From assembly GCA_963674865.2 (NCBI GenBank), contig CAXXYE010000010.1, positions 70,732 to 134,731 of the forward strand: 64,000 nt of DNA, given 5' to 3'. The notes beneath the pieces are model-generated. The model saw only the letters and a program-made list of their open reading frames with translations. It did no database searches and was not told the DNA's origin. The stretch is from Candidatus Hydrogenedentota bacterium (GTDB lineage: Bacteria > Hydrogenedentota > Hydrogenedentia > Hydrogenedentales > SLHB01). Below, piece after piece: positions 57,333 through 64,000 of this stretch. Position numbers and translations under genes: made by a program. Numbering within the stretch: the stretch's first letter is position 1; the number at the start of each line of letters is the position of its first letter.

Positions 57333-58589
57333 TCATGGCGCCGGGTGGTGTCCAGTGTCGGCGGCCGATGCGTCTTTGAGTTCTCCGCGCCGCGCCGAGA
57401 GAACGGCCACGGCGGCGCACGCCGCGCCCAAGGCGCCGACAATCCACAGTCCCCCGTGGTCGACTGCGAGGCCCAAGGCAGGTGCAACAATAACAGCGAA
57501 CAGGGACTTCGCCTGCGATTCGATGGAGAGAGTGGTAGCCGCCTTGGCGGGGTCGGAGCAGGCGTTCAGGCGGCTGACGAGGGCGGGGCGCCAGACGTTT
57601 TGGATGAGGTGGATACATATGAAGGCCAGAATCGCCACGGGGAGCAGGTGCAAGAACAGTGTCGGAGCCAATAATGCGTAGAGGCCGAGGGCGGCAAGCC
57701 ATATCGCCCTCGATGCCGCGTCTTCACTCCCGCGCCACGCGACGATGCGGTGAGCCTGGCGCGACGCCACGCTAGAGAGTAGGTGTAGTACGCAATAGAC
57801 GGCGCCGACAAGGATGGCGATTCGCTCGCGATCGGCGAGCCCGATAAGCGCCGGCAAGGCCAAGGCCGCGGCCGCCTGCTTGAGCGTGGGCTGAAGGTAG
57901 TCCTTGGCAACCTTGAACATGCCCTCGAAGCCCATGGATTCGAGGATCAGGCGGCGCTGCTCACGCCGCCGCCAGGCGTCTTTCAGTGCGGCCCACACGT
58001 GGAGGCCGACCCGGCCCTTTTCGCCTTTTCTGTCGTGGTTTCCCTCGGTTTCGAGTGGATAGCCGAGGAAATTGAAGATATTCACGATGTAGGGGACGAT
58101 GCACAGAAGGAAGATATCGCTGTAGCGCCCCCGCCAGAAGACAAGCGCGGAGGCGATCACAACGGAGAGGGCCGAGCCGAGCTTCGACCAACTCCGGGTG
58201 AATCCGTATGTCTTGGTGCGTTCATCCTGTCTGCCCTGGGCGGCGAGCCAGTCGAAGATCATGGCCTTGTGCGTGCCGGTGCGGAACGCCTCCCCGCAGG
58301 CGAAGAGGAACATGGCCAGGAAGAAATGCCAGTAGACGGCGCTCCAGGCGAAGATGAGGAAGGAGATGATGTACGCCACGAAGGAGATGATCATGGAGCG
58401 ACGCCGACCATAGAGATCCGCGACGGCGCCGCTGGGCACTTCGAAAAGATTGACGCACAGCTCCCGGAAACCGATCAACAAGCCGATCTGAAAGAAGGAG
58501 AGTCCCTTTTCCCGGAACGCGAGTATCAGAAAGGGCTCGTAATACTGCTGGTTCTTGAGGAAGCCGTAAAGGGAGAAGCGGAACATCAT
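57333..58589 (-). CDS. MFS transporter
   Basis: About twelve TMs; EVPSGAVADLYGRR (motif A); GEAFRTGT. Confidence 0.88.
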   Translation of the reverse strand: MMFRFSLYGFLKNQQYYEPFLILAFREKGLSFFQIGLLIGFRELCVNLFEVPSGAVADLYGRRRSMIISFVAYIISFLIFAWSAVYWHFFLAMFLFACGEAFRTGTHKAMIFDWLAAQGRQDERTKTYGFTRSWSKLGSALSVVIASALVFWRGRYSDIFLLCIVPYIVNIFNFLGYPLETEGNHDRKGEKGRVGLHVWAALKDAWRRREQRRLILESMGFEGMFKVAKDYLQPTLKQAAAALALPALIGLADRERIAILVGAVYCVLHLLSSVASRQAHRIVAWRGSEDAASRAIWLAALGLYALLAPTLFLHLLPVAILAFICIHLIQNVWRPALVSRLNACSDPAKAATTLSIESQAKSLFAVIVAPALGLAVDHGGLWIVGALGAACAAVAVLSARRGELKDASAADTGHHPAP

Positions 58590-58740
58590 GGCTCGGTGGG
58601 AAGGTTTACGGCTCATGAGATCATGATGCGACGAAACGCCCGGCGTTCGCAAGCGAGGGTTTCTGTGCGCTACAATTGAAGTGGATCGCTGGTAAATACA
58701 CAAACGGAACACCGGCTCGCTTCCGGGGCCGGGTGGCATT

Positions 58741-59814
58741 ATGCACAAGACACAAGATCTGAATGTTCTTTCAACCACGCCGCTGATCACGCCGCGGGAA
58801 TTGAAGAGCGCCGTGCCGATGACGGAAAAGGCCGGGGAAAGCGTGGTGGCGGGACGCGCCGCGTTGCACCAGATTCTTAGAGGTGAGAGCGGCCGGATGT
58901 TGGCCGTTGTCGGGCCGTGCTCGATCCACGATCACGACGCTGCCATCGACTACGCGCGGCGGCTGAAACACCTGGCCGGGGAACTGGAGCGCCACCTCTT
59001 CATCGTCATGCGGGCCTACTTCGGCAAGCCGCGCACCACCATCGGATGGAAGGGCCTGATCAACGACCCTCACCTCGATGGCAGTTACGACATGGCTACG
59101 GGCCTCCGCAAGGCGCGTGAGATCCTCATCGAGATCGCCGAGTTGGGGCTTCCCGCGGGAACGGAGATGCTGGATCCCATCGTGCCTCAGTACCTCGCCG
59201 ACACGGTTACCTGGGCGGCCATCGGGGCGCGGACGACGGAGTCGCAGACGCACCGGGAGATGGCCAGCGGCCTTTCGATGCCCGTCGGATTCAAGAACAG
59301 CACCGACGGTAACCTGCAGGTGGCCATCGACGCGATGAATTCCGCGCGGCAGCCGCATCATTTTCTCGGCATCGACGCCGACGGCCACACCTGTGTCGTA
59401 GCGACGCGCGGCAACGCGGGCGGACACGTCATTCTCCGCGGCGGGCGCGGGTCGGTGAACTACGATCCCGTGAGCATCGCGGAGGCGGAGGAGCAGATGC
59501 GCAAGTCGGGCCTCGAGCCTCTGCTTGTCGTAGATTGCAGCCACGCGAATTCGGGGAAGCGTTCGGAGCTACAGCGCCACGTGTTGCGCAGTGTCTTGCA
59601 GCAGCGCCTGGACGGGACGAATTCGCTCATCGGATTCATGTTGGAGAGCAATCTTTACGGAGGAAAGCAGCCGATGCCCGATGGTGTCGGGCAATTGCGC
59701 TACGGTGTCAGCATCACGGACGCGTGCATCAGTTGGGAAACCACCGAGAAGCTGTTGCGGTATGCCCACGACGAGCTGGCTCGGGGCGACGCCCCAAACA
59801 CGGCCGGGCAATGA
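58741..59814 (+). CDS. 3-deoxy-7-phosphoheptulonate (DAHP) synthase, class I-alpha (AroF/G/H type)
   Basis: [44 protein letters not shown]. Confidence 0.95.
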   Translation: MHKTQDLNVLSTTPLITPRELKSAVPMTEKAGESVVAGRAALHQILRGESGRMLAVVGPCSIHDHDAAIDYARRLKHLAGELERHLFIVMRAYFGKPRTTIGWKGLINDPHLDGSYDMATGLRKAREILIEIAELGLPAGTEMLDPIVPQYLADTVTWAAIGARTTESQTHREMASGLSMPVGFKNSTDGNLQVAIDAMNSARQPHHFLGIDADGHTCVVATRGNAGGHVILRGGRGSVNYDPVSIAEAEEQMRKSGLEPLLVVDCSHANSGKRSELQRHVLRSVLQQRLDGTNSLIGFMLESNLYGGKQPMPDGVGQLRYGVSITDACISWETTEKLLRYAHDELARGDAPNTAGQ

Positions 59815-61152
59815 CGGGCCGTATCGCCACGGCGTTCGCGTGCTTATCCATGATGGGAGGGTGTTTCACGGTGGCAACGGGGCGCTCCGCTTTCCCTTGC
59901 GCGGAGGACTTCCGCTTTCTCGAAAACCTGGCCGCGGATGTCGTAGAGGCGTCGCGCATCGTGCCGGGCGCTTCGGTGAGCGGCGGCGTCAATACGACGG
60001 GCGACACCCTCATTCGGCCCGGCGGAAGGGCATGTTATCCCGCCTTTTGGATACGCGATTTCGCCATGTCCCTTGAATCCGGGCTTATCACGCCTTCCGA
60101 GCAACGCCACGCCCTGCTCCTCACCGCCGAGAACCAGCAAGACACTCTTGGGGCGTTGCCGAGCGGCAGCACCGTGCCGCCCGGCTCCGTGCCCGACCAC
60201 ATCACGCTTGACGGCCGCCCTATCTTTTTTCCAGGTACTCTCGATGATTTCGAGGGACAGGGCGGCCCGCGCTGGGGAGAGCTTCCCCCGCTGGACGACG
60301 CCTTCTACTTCGTGCACATGGCGGCCGTCTACGTCACGCAGACGGGCGACGCGGCCATCTTGGACGTGGCTGTGGGCGGCAAATCGCTTATGGAGCGTTT
60401 GGAGGCGGCCTTCGCCATGCCTCCTTCACGTCCCGACACGGGGCTGGTGTATGCCGAGGCGGGCTGCCGCGGCATCGGCTTCGGTTTCAACGACACCATC
60501 GTGCACACGGGGGATCTGCTATTTGCCTCATTGTTGAAACTGCGGGCGGCCGGTGAATTGGCTCATCTCCTTGAACAGCAAGGCGACGGAGGAAGGGCAT
60601 CTCACTATCAAGACATCGCCCGAGGTTTGAGGCGGGCCGTTCCCGCCGCCTTTGCCACGGACTCGGGCATGCTGCGCGGCGCTACGGAGACGAGCGCGCA
60701 GCCGGATGTTTGGGGCACGGCCTTTGCCGTGTACCTGAGCGCCTTGGCGCCGGAGGATGAGGCCTCGGCGTGCCAAGCGTTGGCGAGGGCCTACCGCGAC
60801 GGCGCCATCGCGTGGCGCGGCAACATCCGGCATGTACCGACTACCGGCGACTACAGCGAGTCAACCGCTTGGGAGATGAGTCTCGGCCCGAAGAACCGGT
60901 ATCAGAACGGTGCCTATTGGGGCACGGCGACAGGCTGGGTTGCCTATGCAATCGCCCGGGAGGATCCTGGACTTGCCAGGACGCTTGCCGAGGAGTACGT
61001 TGCCGAACTGCGAGAGGGAGACTTCCGAAAAGGCGAGGAGTTCGGCTCTTCCTTGGGAGTGTTTCCACCCGGAAGGAGGCCATCGCCAGAATCCCGTCTA
61101 CATGACGAGCGTCACCTGCCCCCTTGCCGCCTTCCGCCGCCTTAAGTCGTAG
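59811..61152 (+). CDS. Secreted six-hairpin glycosidase-like protein with a +1 frameshift near 61050
   Basis: YPAFWIRDF and YQNGAYW motifs; removing one T at 61049-61050 gives ...FGSPWECFHP...[13 protein letters not shown] ending at 61152. Confidence 0.6.
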
Positions 61153-61262
61153 AGGTACGAAGAACCGAGCGAATCTACGCCAGGCGGCGAACAAGCATTG
61201 AACGAGCGACAGCAATCCGTTACTGGAGGTTACCGGCCTTCACCTGCCCCTTCCTGCATGTC

Positions 61263-62453
61263 CTAATCCATCCAGATGATGCGCGCAACGTAAACGGCGT
61301 TATTCGAGCCGTAGCGTTCGCACCTCACCGGCTGCATCCACTCCGCCACCGTCACCCATGTCTCCGCCTCGCTCACCTTGGTGATGGCGAAATTGCCCAG
61401 GCGCGCGCCGCGCTCCGGTACCAACTCACGTTCGGAGGCGCGTATGACACATAGCCTTTGAGGGTCGACGCGTGCGATGCGCAGCGGCGCGCGGTGTCGG
61501 AACACGTGGTCGTGGGCCGGGTCGCGCCGTGTATAGACAAGAAATAGGGCCTCTGGATGGGTGATCCAATGCTGCTGCGTGTTGTAGCTTCCGAGTTCTT
61601 CACCGTCGTCGAACGTCCAAGGCTTGGGGGGATCGAAATGAAGGCCATCCTCCCCGCTTGTCACGTAGCCCCTCAGGTCGTTCCGAATCGTCAGGTAATA
61701 CCGCCCTTGGAATGAAGCCAGTGACGGCTCACCCATGCCGCGCTCTTCCGCCACCGTCATCTTGTTGCCGTGCTCGACGTATCGGAGCGTTTCACCGTCG
61801 AAGCGACAACGCATAACCGCGGCGCTTGATAATGACTCACCTTTGGCTTTGAAGTAGAAGGGAAGCAGGATATCGCCGTTGGACAAGTCCACGCGTTGCG
61901 TTGAACCTGCGCCGGCGTTGTAGAACTCGGGCTTGTCGGGCATATTAAGCCTCTTCCAAGGCTCCCACGTGCGCGCGTCCGGGTCGTACGAGGAGTAGGC
62001 CGTCCAGCGGGGGCGGTTTTTTTCTAGGTGGTTGCCTCTGTATCGCGCCACGTGCCCGGTGCCTAGGAGAGTTTTCGTCGCGGCGTGCCATTTGGGCGTG
62101 AAATCGCACGGTACGGCGACAATACCGTCGCCTTCGTCGCGTCGCCCGAGACTCTCGTGTTCGATAGGCCCCGTCCATGTTGTTCCCATGTCGTCTGTGC
62201 GCATCTCGTTGAGGGCATAGAAGATGTCCGAACCACTGAGTAGTAGCTTCTGCATCGCAAGCACCACCATGGGCGGGCTGCCCGGAATCGTCCCCGCGCG
62301 CGGATGAACCCAGCATGTTGTTCCGTCAAAACCTTCCCTAACGGTGTCCAGTTGAATCCTGTAGTCCACCGGTTTCCTTTCCTGCGCCCATGCGCTTCGC
62401 GAGGCCGCGAATGCCGCCATGATGAGTCCTACCCACCCGATTGCCGTTCGCAC
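61263..62453 (-). CDS. Sialidase-family (BNR/Asp-box beta-propeller) protein
   Basis: Signal peptide, Asp-box RTDDMGTTW, GEPSL, SGEDGLHF, FRHRAPL; GTG start estimated from an AAAGGA SD. Confidence 0.75.
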   Translation of the reverse strand: MRTAIGWVGLIMAAFAASRSAWAQERKPVDYRIQLDTVREGFDGTTCWVHPRAGTIPGSPPMVVLAMQKLLLSGSDIFYALNEMRTDDMGTTWTGPIEHESLGRRDEGDGIVAVPCDFTPKWHAATKTLLGTGHVARYRGNHLEKNRPRWTAYSSYDPDARTWEPWKRLNMPDKPEFYNAGAGSTQRVDLSNGDILLPFYFKAKGESLSSAAVMRCRFDGETLRYVEHGNKMTVAEERGMGEPSLASFQGRYYLTIRNDLRGYVTSGEDGLHFDPPKPWTFDDGEELGSYNTQQHWITHPEALFLVYTRRDPAHDHVFRHRAPLRIARVDPQRLCVIRASERELVPERGARLGNFAITKVSEAETWVTVAEWMQPVRCERYGSNNAVYVARIIWMD

Positions 62454-62758
62454 AAGGAGGATTCCTTTCTTTGCCGCGATTGCTATGGCGATTGTAGCAC
62501 GGGCCTTTCCACGTTGTGGGGAGGCTACGCGGCTGCGAGCCGCCTGTTGCCAAGCGTCTTGCGATCGGCACGGATGCTTCAATGCTACACAGAGGGCGCC
62601 TCAAGTCTTGGGCTGCCACATTCACCACGAAGCTCTCTTGGCTCTGTTGGGGCATGGCGATGAAGAGGTGGCGGGCCGCGTAGGCGGGCATGAAAAACGC
62701 CGCCGGGCCTTTTGGCTCGGCGGCGTCTGGCGCGTTGTGTGTTTTCGGGACTGCGGAT

Positions 62759-63796
62759 CTACTTGTAGAGGGCCTTTGCGTCCTCAAGCGTCATCGGCTC
62801 GTACTCACCCGCGTGGCCGGCCTGGCCGAATGCCTTCATGCGCGCCAGGTAGACTTCCCGGGCGGCGTCCCGGGCCGGGCCCAAGTACTTCCGCGGATCG
62901 AATTCCGCCGCATTGCTGACGAGGACTTTGCGGATGGCGCCCGTCATGGCCAGACGGCTGTCCGTGTCTACGTTGACTTTGCGCACGCCGTGCTTAATCC
63001 CGTCCTGAATCTGCTCAACGGGAATGCCGAACGTTCCGGGCATTTCGCCGCCGTACTGATTGATGATGTCCACAAGCTCCTTCGGAACGGAACTCGATCC
63101 GTGCATCACCATGTGACAATTGGGCATGCGCTCGTGGATTTGGTGGATGCGTTCCATGGCCAGGGCCGGCGGCAGCACTTCGCCGGTCTTGGGATCCTTC
63201 CGGCCCGACTTGTACGCGCCGTGGCTCGTGCCGATGGCGACGGCCAATGCATCGAGGCCGGTTTGCGCGACGAAGTCCTCGGCCTGTGCGGGGTCGGTGA
63301 GGTGCTCATCGACTTCCTCGGCCGACAGGCCGGCGCCGTGGCCGTCTTCGATGCCGCCCAAGCAGCCTAACTCGCCCTCAACCGTCACGCCGAGGGGATG
63401 GGCCATCTCGACGGCGGCTTTGGTGATCGCAACATTCTGCTCATAGCTGTTCGGGGTCTTGCCGTCCTCGGCGAGGGAGCCGTCCATCATGACGGAGGTG
63501 AAGCCAAGGTCAATGGCCATCTTGAGCGTTTCGAGGCTGTTTCCGTGATCGAGGTGCATCGAGACGGGAATGTTCGGATACTCCTCGCAGGCCGCTTCCA
63601 TGAGTTTCTTCAGGTAGATCATCCGGCTGTACTTCAGCGCCCCGCGGCTGGCCTGAATAATCACCGGGCTCTCGGTTTCGTTGGCGGCCTCCATAATGGC
63701 CTGGATTTGCTCCATGTTATTCACATTGAAGGCGCCAACCCCATAGCCGCCCTTCGCGGCCTCATCAAGAATCTGACGCATCGGTACGAGTGGCAT
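62759..63796 (-). CDS. fba: Fructose-bisphosphate aldolase class II
   Basis: GAFNVNN, HLDHG, SVMMDGS, VEGELG, AIGTSHGAYK, VMHGSS, KVNVDTD. Confidence 0.95.
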   Translation of the reverse strand: MPLVPMRQILDEAAKGGYGVGAFNVNNMEQIQAIMEAANETESPVIIQASRGALKYSRMIYLKKLMEAACEEYPNIPVSMHLDHGNSLETLKMAIDLGFTSVMMDGSLAEDGKTPNSYEQNVAITKAAVEMAHPLGVTVEGELGCLGGIEDGHGAGLSAEEVDEHLTDPAQAEDFVAQTGLDALAVAIGTSHGAYKSGRKDPKTGEVLPPALAMERIHQIHERMPNCHMVMHGSSSVPKELVDIINQYGGEMPGTFGIPVEQIQDGIKHGVRKVNVDTDSRLAMTGAIRKVLVSNAAEFDPRKYLGPARDAAREVYLARMKAFGQAGHAGEYEPMTLEDAKALYK

Positions 63797-64000
63797 CTTT
63801 TTCGATCTCCTCAGGGAGGAATCTCCCCATTTGATGTAGCATCCGCCCCGCAACCCAGGCGAGGTATCCAACAGAAGTGCCCGGATTATAGCACCCGCCT
63901 GGGCTCCGCGCAATCAGCGCTTTCCGCCCGCTGTGGTATCATCCCCGCGGGATAAGCGGCAGGTAAGTCATTTCGCGCGGAAAGGCACGTTTGGAGGAAT

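Noticed and set aside
1..64000. tRNA or rRNA genes, prophage
   Set aside because: No cloverleaf or rRNA signatures and no phage structural genes recognised

Overview
High-GC bacterial chromosomal window; the gene repertoire is reminiscent of Ca. Hydrogenedentota/PVC-type organisms (inference only). Most of it is housekeeping or metabolic: ECF sigma/anti-sigma, pgi, JAB-DinG helicase, a folM-folB-folK-folE cluster, sulfatase, HtrA, 6S RNA, pilMNOPQ, a dinB-dnaE2 cassette with a candidate SOS operator, rplM-rpsI, hflX, a radical-SAM cluster, glycosyltransferases, DAHP synthase, sialidase and fba. Accessory DNA lies mainly at 37-53 kb. It comprises two apparently identical, inverted 1231-bp IS4-like elements, each with its own 9-bp target duplication; a stand-alone UG/Abi-type reverse transcriptase with a helical C-terminus (candidate anti-phage DRT); and a GxxExxY PD-(D/E)XK nuclease gene bracketed by two near-identical palindromes built from 9-nt periodic units. 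An unassigned ~170-nt structured element follows rpsI. A few short frameshifts suggest sequencing error or recent gene decay. All calls were made by eye from motifs; no searches were run.
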